From contig OX597818.1 of NCBI GenBank assembly GCA_951406725.2, positions 55,180,001 to 55,244,000 on the forward strand: a DNA stretch of 64,000 nucleotides, given 5' to 3'. This document shows, piece after piece, positions 40,765 through 52,905 of the stretch; the stretch's first letter is position 1, and every line of letters begins with the position of its first letter. The position numbers were made by a program, and so were the translations under genes. Source of the DNA: Octopus vulgaris. Taxonomy: Eukaryota. A model generated the notes under the pieces. That model was not told the origin of the DNA. It made no database searches and worked only from the letters and a program-made list of their open reading frames with translations.

Positions 40765-40970
40765 TCATTGGACTGCGGCCATGCTGGGGCTCACCTTTTA
40801 AATACAATCCGACCATGTGCTAAATGATTTTTTTACTCATTTCGTAATTTTTCTGTGTTTTCAATGTTACCATTCCCAATGCGTATTTCATCGTTTCTTT
40901 CCATTTTTGTTTAATTTACAGGTAAGTGTGTCCGCTTTATTAATTCGCTCCAGCGTCTTTCAAGGTAAGC
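40765..40970 (+). other. Candidate recursive splice site (ratchet point) with 43-nt cryptic RS-exon (40922-40964)
   Basis: No AG dinucleotide from 40765 to 40919, pyrimidine-rich, then tttacag|GTAAGT (40919-40927). A second consensus donor caag|GTAAGC follows at 40965. Same strand as the ETS exon, ~33 kb downstream. Confidence 0.65.
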
Positions 40971-40989
40971 GTTATTACTTTACATACTT

Positions 40990-41300
40990 TCTCTTATTTG
41001 TTTCAGTCATTTGACTGCGGCCATGCTGGGGCACCGACATTTTAGTCGAACAAATCGACCTTTGTAAGCCTCGTACTTATTCTATCGGTCTCTTTTACCG
41101 AACCGCTAAGCTACGGGGACGTAAACGCACCAACATCGGCTGTCAAGCGGTGGCTGGGGGACAAACACACACACACACACACATATATATATACTGTATA
41201 TATACGACGGGTTTCTTTCGGTTTTCGTCTACCAAATCCACTCACAAGGTTTTGGTTGGCCCGAGGCTATAGTAGAAGACACTTGCCCAAGGTGCCGCAC
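40990..41300 (-). mobile_element. SINE family A (5'-truncated)
   Basis: Tail and body. Confidence 0.85.
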
Positions 41301-41699
41301 ACTGGAACATTAAAAGACAAAAAGAGCTTTGCTAAGACATCTACTATATCATAGAGACAATATGAAAGCACAGACTGAGATTTACTGGTCACTACTGGCG
41401 TGACAATGAGAAGTTGATGTCTGAAATTCTTCTATGACAACCTTCGTATTGTAAACGGAGCAGAGATAGATCAGCTAAAATCTACAGCAACCAATTGCAA
41501 TAAAGCAGTGGATGCACTAAAAAGAAATGTCGTGGATGACAGAGGAATGGAAGACGTGTTTTAGGAATGCCAGGGAATTCTTGATCCACTAAATATGTTG
41601 CTCTGAGCTACCATTTTACGCTACATGTGTGGTTGACTTTTATCAGAGTTGCGCCTCATTTAGACTAAGATTAAGACGTGTGTTTGTACAGTGTGTAAC

Positions 41700-41775
41700 G
41701 ACCGAAGTTGCGTATTGTCCTTGCCTTCGTAACGCGGAGTAGATGAAACAGTGACAACTGAAGAAGGGGAATATT
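41700..41775 (+). ncRNA. Permuted hammerhead-like motif, degenerate
   Basis: cc-GAAG-ttgcg-TA-ttgtc...gacaa-CTGAAGA-agggg. A truncated sibling at 48460-48512 has gggacaa-CTGATGA-agggg. Confidence 0.4.
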
Positions 41776-41896
41776 ATTTGTTACAGGTCTCGTTTCTCTG
41801 GGGTTTTTGTTTGTTAAAAAAAAAAGTTCGTTTCTGTGTTTTCGTTTTTATGTTTTCGTTTCTCATTGTGTTCAATATGTTTTTAATGTCCTGTAT

Positions 41897-41939
<43 letters not shown>

Positions 41940-43797
41940 TTGCTTATATATGAAGGGAACTTGACGTTGTACATAAATGTTTAATTTTAGAACAGCAGCG
42001 TTTAACAAGTTCACGTGCCAAAACAACGTATTGAAAATGAATTTATACATCATCAATTTTAAAATTGTTTTTCTAATTTTCAATGAAGAAAGACGATGGG
42101 GGACGTTTTAAGTTAAACTTCAGTGTACTTCCAGAATAAACCATTGGAGTAAACCATTAAAAAAAGAAAACGTAGAGATCTTGCACAATAAGGCGCTTTG
42201 GTTAGAGATTGTAGTCATAGTGGTTGTTGTAGGATTTGAACTCTTGTCTTTGCAGTCTATAGTCCATCCCCGCTTACATCCCATCCACTGTAATAAAAAA
42301 TATACGTGTAATCAAAATATCCCAATCTCTTGAAATGAGGATGTGTACTACTATATTGTAAAGACCCGTATTTCTAGTTCAGAGCCTCTAAGTACACTAT
42401 TGATGTCCTAAACACACCACAACATTGCTATGCACAATAAGGATAAAGGGCCGCGCCCGAAAGTTGAAAGCAAGGCCACTGTATGGACGATTATTTGAAC
42501 TTCTAAAATGAAAGCTCTCGTCTGCTAAAATGAAAGCTCTCGTCTGCTAAATTGAAAGCTCTATGTCTGAAAGTGTCTTTTACATATCTCCGTAGCTTTG
42601 AGTTTGAAATAAGAAACAAACGAGTTTCTTCCATGTTGTACAAGATCAGACATTGGATATTTGATTCTTTCATAAATATGTTCTTAAGATATTTGTTGAT
42701 AGCTCTCAAGTACACCTTGTGTTAAAGCCGTTTGTTTATAGCAAGTTCACAATGTACTACACACACTCGACGACTGCATTAGGTATATTATATGAATGAA
42801 TGCTCTGCGTAAGAGTTCACTTAATATTTGTATAGGTACAACAAAATGGCGAGCTATCTTGTGTTAGTCGGTTTTTGTGCTCGTTGATATGTAAATCTTT
42901 ATAAAAATATTTATCTTTGTAATAATGACGATTGTTAAATAAAATGTCTGTCTGTCTGTCTGGGGCATAACTTCCGGTTTGGTTCACAACTCGCTCTGTA
43001 CACAATTCTCCGTACTCAGACATTTGTATTTCAACATGGTCGTTAACGATATTAAAGCGACCACTTTTTAAAATTAGAAATTTCTTTTATCAAAAGAAAT
43101 AAAAAAAAAAAAATTCAAGATTAAAAGAAAAAAATATGAATTTCCATTCTGTCTGTCTTCCCCTCTCTTCCCTCCCCTTCTATCTCCCTCTCTCTCTCTC
43201 TCTCTCCCTTTTCTTTGCCTCTCCATCTCTCTTAATATCTTTTACCTTTTACTTGTTTCAGTCATTTGACTGCGGCCATGCTGGAGCACCGCCTTGAATT
43301 TTTAGTCGAATGAATCGATCCCAGTACTTATTTTCAAGCCTGGTACCTATTCAATCGCTCTTACTTTCGCCGAACCGCCAAGTTACGGGGATGCAAACAC
43401 ACCACCACCGGTTATCAAGCGGTGGTTGGAGACATACACAGACATAGATATACATACATACATATATGACGGGCTTCTTTCAGTTTCCATTTACCATATC
43501 CACTCACAAGGCTTATACATTTCTTTCTCTTTTTTTTTACATTTGAATTAGGAGATAAGACATTGCCAATGGCCCTTTGAAGGGCCTCAGAAACTTGTGA
43601 AAGGGACAAAGGGGCGGAAGGGATCTTCAAACCAGAGACCAGTGTAAATTCAATATCACAACGGTTTTAAAATGAATGCTTTTAAAATGTATATTTTCTG
43701 TTGCTTTTACATCAGAATATTTAACAGAAAACAATAATTCTTTTCGTTTTTGGATTTGGTTTGCAAGATTCTTTATGTGAGTTCGTGTGTTGAAGCA

Positions 43798-43984
43798 TAT
43801 TCTGTTGTGTCTGGGGAGAGTCATTCTCTTTTGGTGCCTTTTAATTTAACGACTATTGAAAAGGTTGCAAGACGCAACGAAAATTTTAGGAAAATAAAAA
43901 AGAAATAAGTGGAAATTTTACCGGTGAGTGTGTTAAATTATAAGGCACAAAAAGAAAATAACTCTCCCCAGACACAACAGAATA
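43798..43984. repeat. Inverted repeat, ~53-bp arms, 81-bp spacer
   Basis: tattctgttgtgtctggggagagtcattctcttttggtgccttttaatttaac versus gttaaattataaggcacaaaaagaaaataactctccccagacacaacagaata. Confidence 0.85.
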
Positions 43985-44514
43985 ATTCATTTAAGAAATT
44001 GGAGATGATTTCTATTGGAAATATATAAATATGCGTTTAATTAATTTTTTTCTAGAACATTAAACGTTTAATCAGATTTTAAAAAAAAAAAAACTGAAGT
44101 GCACTTTGTGACCAGATAGGACATAAAGCGAATGAGCGTGGGTTCGAGCTTAACCTATTCACTTTGATAGTTGGCAATCCCTTGGGATCAAGGAGCATTG
44201 GTGGATTAGTAAGCAGGGTTCGCAGCCCTTTTTAACGTACTCCATTGAGGGAGATTTTATTTAGTAATTGCATAGGGAATCTCAATATATTGGAGTTTTT
44301 ATACTAATTATCGCAATGTACGATATTCTATTTTCTGGACCCCTAAAACGAACCCAGAACTGAAAGGGAGACGTGATTAAGTATTGCAGTTCTTTAGGGA
44401 TCCCAACCAGTACAGCGCCCTCTGTGTTTCTGCTTACTCTCTTGCTTGTTTCAGTCATTGGATAAATGCTACTTTAGATCCTAAATTTACTATTTTGCTT
44501 GCGTGGAGGACCCC

Positions 44515-45079
44515 GGATCTTTTCGGTTTGAACGGCAGTTTTTTCTAGCGGTATCATATGAAATTGTCACCCATAATTATGACCCTAGTATCGATCTATT
44601 GCATTTCAATCTGTTTGGCTATTGTTTCTCACAAGTCGAACCGCTATATAGACCAAAGGTGAGTATTGGATCTTTTCGGTTTGAACGGCAGGTTTTTCTA
44701 GCGGTGTCATATGAAATTGTCACCCATAATTATGACCCTAGTATCGATCTATTGCATTTCAATCTATTTTAGGGTTAGAGGTGGGGGGAAGGGTATTTTT
44801 TTCTTCACAAATGTAAATAAACCCAATCTGTTTCTTAAACGAGGGGCATTTTCATACGGCACAGAATGTTTTTTTTTACCTCAATAGACGTCATTCATTG
44901 GTTGTTGCAGAAATTGAAGAAAAAACAACAACAGATATCTTACAAAGTATAGAATTTTCTCAATAAAGCCAAGAGAAAAAGATGTTTTATAAATACATTC
45001 TACCAGTATACGATGTTTAAAAGTGTTTAGTTACGTGGAAATTATTTTTAAAAAACTGCCGTTCAAACCGAAAAGATCC
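44515..45079. mobile_element. Non-autonomous TIR transposon (GG-start, 8-bp TSD; Merlin/Mutator-like) with a duplicated left end
   Basis: 29-bp perfect TIR ggatcttttcggtttgaacggcagttttt / aaaaactgccgttcaaaccgaaaagatcc; TSD aggacccc / aggacctc; second copy of the ~100-bp left end at 44668. Confidence 0.88.
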
Positions 45080-46123
45080 AGGACCTCTGCTCCCCAGGGA
45101 TCATAATGGATCCCGATTGCGAACCACTGATCTTAAAACAAGCAAAGGGTTAAGAGAGGGGTAGGGTACTATTTTGCTTGCGTGGAGGACTCCTGCACCC
45201 CAGGGGTCATAATGGATCCCGATTGCGAACCACTGATCTTAAAACAAGCTAAGGGGTAAGAGAGGGGTAGGGTACTATTTTGCTTGCGTGGAGGACTCCT
45301 GCACCCCAGGGGTCATAATGGATCCCGATTGCGAACCACTGATCTTAAAACAAGCTAAGGGGTAAGAGAGGGGTAGGGTACTATTTTGCTTGCGTGGAGG
45401 ACTCCTGCACCCCAGGGGTCATAATGGATCCCGATTGCGAACCACTGATCTTAAAACAAGCTAAGGGGTAAGAGAGGGGTATGGTACTATTTTGCTTGCG
45501 TGGAGGACTCCTGCACCCCAGGGGTCATAATGGATCCCGATTGCGAACCACTGATCTTAAAACAAGCAAAGGGGTAAGAGAGGGGTAGGGTACTATTTTG
45601 CTTGCGTGGAGGACTCCTGCACCCCAGGGGTCATAATGGATCCCGATTGCGAACCACTGATCTTAAAACAAGCTAAGGGGTAAGAGAGGGGTAGGGTACT
45701 ATTTTGCTTGCGTGGAGGACTCCTGCACCCCAGGGGTCATAATGGATCCCGATTGCGAACCACTGATCTTAAAACAAGCTAAGGGGTAAGAGAGGGGTAG
45801 GGTACTATTTTGCTTGCGTGGAGGACTCCTGCACCCCAGGGGTCATAATGGATCCCGATTGCGAACCACTGATCTTAAAACAAGCAAAGGGGTAAGAGAG
45901 GGGTAGGGTACTATTTTGCTTGCGTGGAGGACTCCTGCACCCCAGGGGTCATAATGGATCCCGATTGCGAACCACTGATCTTAAAACAAGCTAAGGGGTA
46001 AGAGAGGGGTAGGGTACTATTTTGCTTGCGTGGAGGACTCCTGCACCCCAGGGGTCATAATGGATCCCGATTGCGAACCACTGATCTTAAAACAAGCAAA
46101 GGGGTAAGAGAGGGGGTAGGGTA
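45080..46123. repeat. 106-bp tandem array, 9 near-identical full units plus a first unit split by the transposon
   Basis: tactattttgcttgcgtggagg recurs every 106 bp from 45167 to 46015; the first unit begins at 44489. Confidence 0.97.
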
Positions 46124-46229
46124 TGAAATCTGGTGAAACATGTAGTACGGCGCTCTGTCACGTCTGCCGTTCCATGTTTTTAATCTATAAGATAATAACA
46201 GGTGTGTTTTTTTAAAGTCCCAACCATCA

Positions 46230-46345
46230 CTTTTTTTTTTTTTTTGCGGGGACGCCGTTGCGCGCGCATGCGCGTGTGCGTTATAATTGCCAAATGTTGT
46301 CGTTTGTAGCGGGATGGATGGCGAAAAGGGGGTCGCGAGAAAAAA
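46230..46345. promoter_or_regulatory. CpG-rich patch with an NRF1-type palindrome
   Basis: GCGCATGCGC at 46264-46273, tcgcgaga and tggcgaaaa nearby; CpG density well above background. Confidence 0.35.
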
Positions 46346-46441
46346 CCCCAACAAAAACAAAACAAGCAAAAAGAAACCAAACAGGTTCTTTTAACGATCT
46401 TAATTCATTACCACCCACCACCATCACTGCTACTACTGCTG

Positions 46442-46486
<45 letters not shown>

Positions 46487-47726
46487 TGGTCGCGGTCCTG
46501 CCGTAGCGAACTTCCTTTCTAACCGCATGTCCTATGGATCGATTCGCGTTGCGAGCACCGGCACCTTGAGCAAGTGTCTTTTTTTTTTTATCCGTGTGTC
46601 TCGGGTCACGTGAAGTTTGCTGCTGTACAATCTTCACATGAACTGTATATATTAATTTTTTCCGGGCCTGCCAAATCATTCAAGGATACACTGGAAGATC
46701 ATCAAACTGCAACGAATTCAATCAGAGACCAACTTCCAGCCAAAAAGCGACAACAGACGGGCTTCTTTCAGTTTCCGACTACCAAATCCACTCACAAGGC
46801 TTTGGTTAACCCGAGGCTATATAGGAGTAAGTAAGCACTTGCCTAAGGTGCCACACAGTGAGACTGAACCCGGAACCATGTGGTTGGGAAGCAAGCTTCT
46901 TTACCACACAGCCACGTCTGTTTTTATACGAAGAACCAGGAAAGAAAAATGGTGGCCATGTATTGGAAATACAAGTGCTACATACACTGTATCTGAAAGA
47001 CGAGATTCTCACGGATGGATTGTCTTGGATCATACATAGGACTGTCCAGTCAAAGTCGAACTGGTTGAAGGGAGGGGTTAAGCAACAAGCCAGTCTTTCT
47101 TTAATCTATTCCACCACCACCATCACCGCCAAGCTCTTATCCCTCCACCACCGCCAAGCTCCCCTCCCTCCATCACCGCCAAGCGCCTAACCCGTTTCAC
47201 CGCCATCCTCATCATGTTTAACTCCATTATAAAAGGAGCCTCTACTCAGCTGTATCATTTCTTTTTACCTGTTAAGAGAAGTTTTAAGGATCCTCCGCTC
47301 TTCCACCCCTTCTCCCCTCCCCACCACCACCACAACCTGTCTTTTTTTACTACCCCTCTCTCGTCTTCTTTCATTTCTCTCCCCCCCCTTCTCTCTATGT
47401 CTATACGTGTGTTATTTTTTGTGTCGTCTGCCCTCTTCCTTTACCCTCTGACCTTTTGCTCTCATAAAACCGTTTCTCCTTCGTTAACACACACACACAC
47501 ACACACACGCACGCACGCAGACGATACATTCTCACAATACATACACCTACGCATCACACATATACACGCCTTTACAAACAGACATATACGCACAAAACAC
47601 ATACAATATATATACACAAAAACACAATGTATAATACTCTTACTAGAAACACACAGTCTCATAATATACACCTACGCAAAACTATATACATACATACTGC
47701 CTTTTGTAAACCGACATGTGTATACA

Positions 47727-47771
<45 letters not shown>

Positions 47772-48213
47772 TATATATACACCCAATATTTAGTAGAGAT
47801 ACTTTACATACAAAACACATACACACACAGATGTCCCAGACAGACAATTTCGCTCCGGGAGACTTTGTAAAGTGGTATAAACACCTGTATCACTTCATCT
47901 TAAGATGGCAGCTTCTTCACTTTGAAGATGTGTCGACGACAACAAAAAGAACGAGAACGGCGGAATGGAAAGCAACAGACGACAGGCCAGGATAATGGCG
48001 AACAACAGCCACAATAACGTGAACAGCATTATGATGAATATGTCATCAATAACAACTTCATCAACAGCAAAAATAATAATAATAACAAAAAAATAACTCA
48101 AGAAAGGGACCTTATTATAGGTCCAACTCCTTGCTAGAAATAACAGTCAAATCTCCCTCAAGTCCATAACCCTTTTACATTATATATATGTGTGTGTGTG
48201 TGTGTGTAAAATG

Positions 48214-48354
48214 ATAATTTAGGGTATCTAACCGCGCTGGAAATGGCAGTCAAAACCAGACTCTAAAGCCACATTAAATGTTCATTAACATTTTAGAGTC
48301 AGGTTTTGACTGCTATTTCCAGCGTGAGGGTATCTCGTAGATACCTTAAATTAT
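48214..48354. repeat. Fold-back hairpin element (~140 bp)
   Basis: ataatttagggtatcta..cgctggaaatggcagtcaaaaccagactctaaa pairs with tttagagtcaggttttgactgctatttccagcg..tagataccttaaattat. Confidence 0.85.
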
Positions 48355-49947
48355 AATTTTAAATAATTATTACCTTTGAAAGGTTTTTATTCCCATCCTG
48401 GCCACCTGATAAGATCGGTATTTAAATATCGATCTTATCCTTATTTATATATATATAGCTTCGCAACGCGGAGTAGATGAAACAGGGACAACTGATGAAG
48501 GGGAATATTCTTTATTATAGAGAAGACATGAAATACAGAGCGAAGTGGAGGAATGAAAACAGAAGCGAAATACGTAAGGATGTTGTATCCGCAGTTCTAT
48601 TATATGAGCAGAATGGTGTATATATAAGTTTCATGTACCTCGTGTGTGGGTTCCAGTATTGCTTCTAATTGGTCATTCTAAGCATAGAGTCTTGTAGAAG
48701 GTGTTATTCGATATATATATAGACATGGCCTGGGCCTATAGTGGCCGAAACCTATCAAAGTTATGTGTATAAGTATAGTCGCAGGCGTGGCTGTATGGTA
48801 AGTAGCTTGCTTACCAACTAAATGTTTTCGGGTTCAATTCAACTGCATGGCAAGTGTCTTCTATTATATCAGCGGGCTGGCCAAAACCTTGTGACTGGAT
48901 TTGGTAGATGGAAACTGAAAGAAGCCCGTTGTGTGTGTGTGTGTCTATGTTTAAGGTCCCCGTCACTTAGCGTTATTATCCAATACTCTAACGATTTTGT
49001 TCATCCATGTTATTCATTCATTTCATTATTTTGAATTACAAGATTCTTGATGTGAAACCTTCTTTTGAAACAGATTCTCTCGTATATTGGGAGGGGCATT
49101 GTGCCAATAACAAACACACGCACTGGACCATACGGCATAAGAACTTGTCCGTCCATTGATCTTTGCCGCGACTCTTAACCCTCGTATATTAAAACCGTTG
49201 CCGACAACTTGTTACTAAAACAACATCGAATACAGCAAGCAATCTCTTTGCTATCAGGACGTTCACACTTTATATGGGCGAGTGTAGTGCCTTAAAAATA
49301 AATCATTGACCCCGTTTTATTCCCCCCGTTCCCTGTCACCAGAAGTTATTACTAGAGCAACACAACTAAAAGACCCCTAACTTTTTATTTTGTGGTTTCG
49401 GCTGTCTTTCCTTTGGACCGAAACTTCAGAGAACATTGGATTGTCGTTGGAGACCACAGCTCTCTGTTCACCGAGTGTATGTCACTATATACATATTCTG
49501 AGTGTATATACGATGTGCGTATGTGTGTATATGGGGGGGGGGGGGCGTGGAGATTTATGGCTGTGCGCTTTTGTTCTCAAATTGGCCATCAACATCTTAT
49601 TGTGGTCCTTTCTTTTCACCCCCTCATCCTCCCCCTCCTTCCACTCTCGTCTTCGTCACCTGTTTCCCCTTTAAATATCATACAGCCATCTTTTCAGCTT
49701 CTCTCTCTCTTTCTCGATGTGTTGTGCGGTCAAGGATATGTATAAGGGTTCAATTAAAGGATTTCATGCGTGTATAATGAGCGTGCGCACGCACACACTA
49801 ATGTTTTTATGTTCAGATAGAATAAAAACAAGTTTGCGTTAATCTGAAGGATTACTCCACAGTTTTGTAGAATACAAATTTATTATTCTTTAACAAGAGG
49901 ATAGCTTAGCTGGCTGAAACTTCGAAGTCACTATTCTTCTTGAAGAA

Positions 49948-50008
<61 letters not shown>

Positions 50009-50038
50009 GTAAAAATTAAGAGTCAAAAGGAAGAGTAA

Positions 50039-50084
<46 letters not shown>

Positions 50085-50368
50085 TGGAGGAATAAAGGTA
50101 AACTGAGGTATTTTTGCCTCTTGGCTGAAACAGCTGTAAGATATTATCCCAATTTATATTCCTGTATGTTATATTTTAATAATTACTGGTATCTTTATAT
50201 ATTAATATATTTTATATGTAAAGCATAATATGTTATACATGTATGTATATTCTTGTAATAGTCATTTTGGTAAATAAATAAATAAGTTGACAATATAATA
50301 TGTTGTCTAAAAGTTGATGAACCACCTGTTGATCTCCTCCATTTTCTTATTGCTCTCTCTCTGTCTCT

Positions 50369-50431
<63 letters not shown>

Positions 50432-50525
50432 GGGGAGAATTCACAAGAATAAAACCAAAAGACGAAGACCGGTGGTGTAGACAACAAATAGATGTATTAG
50501 TATAACGCTCGGGAAGTGAAAACGT

Positions 50526-50561
50526 CTTTAACGTTTCGAGCCTACGCTCTTCCACAGAAGG
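50526..50561 (-). ncRNA. Minimal hammerhead motif, core variant CUGUGGA
   Basis: Minus strand reads cctt-CTGTGGA-a-gag-cgtagg-ctc-GAAA-cg-TT-aaag, inside the repeat family also seen at 3980 and 56074. Confidence 0.55.
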
Positions 50562-50605
50562 GAACACAGAAAGAAACAAGGAGAGAAAATAAAGGATGTC
50601 TAGTG

Positions 50606-50688
<83 letters not shown>

Positions 50689-50691
50689 ATC

Positions 50692-50746
<55 letters not shown>

Positions 50747-50980
50747 GTTTTTCCCCCGCCGTCGGCTCAGGTAACCGATGAGAGAGATTTAGGATGAAAT
50801 TAAGCTATAGATCTGTATTAATATCAATATCGGATGATTGAAACAACTCTCAAAGCCGATGCTCCTACGTGGTCGAAATTTTCTTACAGAACAACCATAG
50901 AAATAAAGAACACATAAGTATACATCGTATGCATATATGTACGTATATGTATGCCATATAATATATGTGTGTGTGCACGC

Positions 50981-51019
<39 letters not shown>

Positions 51020-51052
51020 TTAAATATTAAACTCTCACGTTGTTTCCACACT

Positions 51053-51079
51053 CACTTCCGATTCCCATTTCACTTCCGG
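51053..51079 (-). promoter_or_regulatory. Tandem ETS-binding motifs
   Basis: cacttccg at 51053-51060 and cacttccgg at 51071-51079 (reverse complement of the CCGGAAGTG consensus). Confidence 0.4.
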
Positions 51080-51359
51080 CGAACAAACCTCACTCTCATA
51101 AAGTTCACATTGAATTGACTCTAAATCCCCTTTAATTAAGGCCTTTTAATTAAAGCCCCATATCCTTTCACATTGGGTTCAAGCTATAATGCCTATTATA
51201 ATTAACTTCAGCAGCGCCCTCTACCACAACCGCCATTACTTTCACCTCCCACCACTTTATTGTACGTTCGCTCTCACACAAGGTTATATATTAAAACTTC
51301 TTAGAATACAGTCCAGCTCTCTCTACCCCTCTCTGCGTGGGTATGTATATACACACGGC

Positions 51360-51420
<61 letters not shown>

Positions 51421-51473
51421 GGAGTAAACACATAAATGTGAAACAAGGTGGAAAAAAGAGTACTCAAATACTA

Positions 51474-51551
51474 TGCCGTTCATCAGACAGTTTTTGCTAG
51501 ATTCTAGCAAAAACTGTCTGATGAACGGCAACGAGAAACTCAGAGTAACAG
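51474..51551 (+). ncRNA. Minimal type I hammerhead (51514-51551) overlapped by a perfect 57-bp palindrome (51474-51530)
   Basis: ctgt-CTGATGA-acggcaacga-GAAA-ctcagag-TA-acag. Palindrome arms tgccgttcatcagacagtttttgctaga / tctagcaaaaactgtctgatgaacggca (28 bp each). Confidence 0.75.
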
Positions 51552-52387
51552 ATTTTGTTGAATTTTCTGCTGCTTAAAATAAAGTATATATATATATATA
51601 TATATACACACGCGCTGTATTTGTCAGTTTCCGGTGTAACCGTGTCATGGTGCGTTATGCTTGAACTGGTTTGGGTCATATTTCGTTTGTTTTATTCCGG
51701 TTTCGAAATCTGGCCCAGATCTTTGACCATTATTGTAACCAATCACTGTCCACTCTGGATGTGTGTGTGTGTGTGTGAACGTGGGATTGTTGAAGTTCAT
51801 TTTGTTTAATTTTATTTCCCTCGCCCGAGATCGAAATCTGTCCCTTTATCTATCTATCTTGTAAGTGGATAACTAAATACATAGATTGCTAGATCGGTCG
51901 ATCGATATATATATATATATATAGATAGATCGGAAATCAGATAGCCAGGAAAACATACAAACATACAAACAAATCACAGGTGTACTTTGCATGAAAAATC
52001 TTAGGAAAGGATTTTCGTAGTTAAACGTTTAGAAAATATATATTCTTCTTCTTGTTGCAGCCAGAGTGCCAGTGTAGGACTGAGGTCGTCATGGTCGACT
52101 AGCTCCCTCCTGCCAAATTTCAGGTCTTGCTCCTATACGTAGAAAGGATTCTTCTTCTTCTTCACCTTCTCCTCCTCCTTCTTCTCCTCTTTCTCTTCCT
52201 CTTCCCCCTACTTCTCCTCCTCCTTCTTCTTCTTCTTCTTCTTCTTCTTCTTCTTCTTCTTCTTCTTCTTCTTCTTCTTCGAATCTTTAACACGTACCAG
52301 TTGTGTACTGGGGGTAAATCTAATCGACTGGCCGCCTCTCCAAAAATTTCGGGCCTTGTGCCTAGAGCAGAAAAGATTATTATTGTT

Positions 52388-52905
52388 GAGTGAAAGAGCA
52401 GTGCATGCCATCAAAGAGACACTGGGGTAAAATACACGAAGCCCAGTATACCCACTATGACTACTCGTCTGATAAGGGGACACCAGGCACATGCATCATA
52501 ACCATATGTACAGGACATGGCGATCTCATATCAAGATAAACAGCACATGACCTTGCAGGTGGGGCCCAGTTAGAATTTTCTTCTGGTTGAGTAACCCATC
52601 CCGCTCAAAAGGTCCCTGAATAAGGGTTGTTTAAGGATGTTGAACGAAATACTTATGTTTCCAGAGGTGAATTATTCAAACCCCAAAGAATCCCTCTCAA
52701 CACATGGCTATGATGCTCCCCCACTACTTCTGGACATGGTCAACTGGTTAAGGTCAAACACCTGACAAGCAAATCTGTGGTATTGAACAGAATATTGACT
52801 GTAGCCCATCTTTTATACCAAGACAAAACAATGTACATGATAACACTTCCAATCAGTTAAGATCAGAAGCCACGAGAGCCACTGTCTGGTACTGCATCAG
52901 GGCAT
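52388..52905 (-). mobile_element. Probable retroposon fragment inserted in an (ATT)n tract
   Basis: ~520-bp complex sequence bounded by ATT repeats on both sides; recalled as a common octopus repeat, but single copy here. Confidence 0.4.

Noticed and set aside
45080-46123. CRISPR-like appearance of a regularly spaced repeat
   Set aside because: Units are identical end to end with no unique spacers, there are no cas genes, and the context is eukaryotic.
47895-48101. Exon-like purine-rich stretch
   Set aside because: Frames are short or low-complexity, with no good splice sites and no ETS/PNT similarity.
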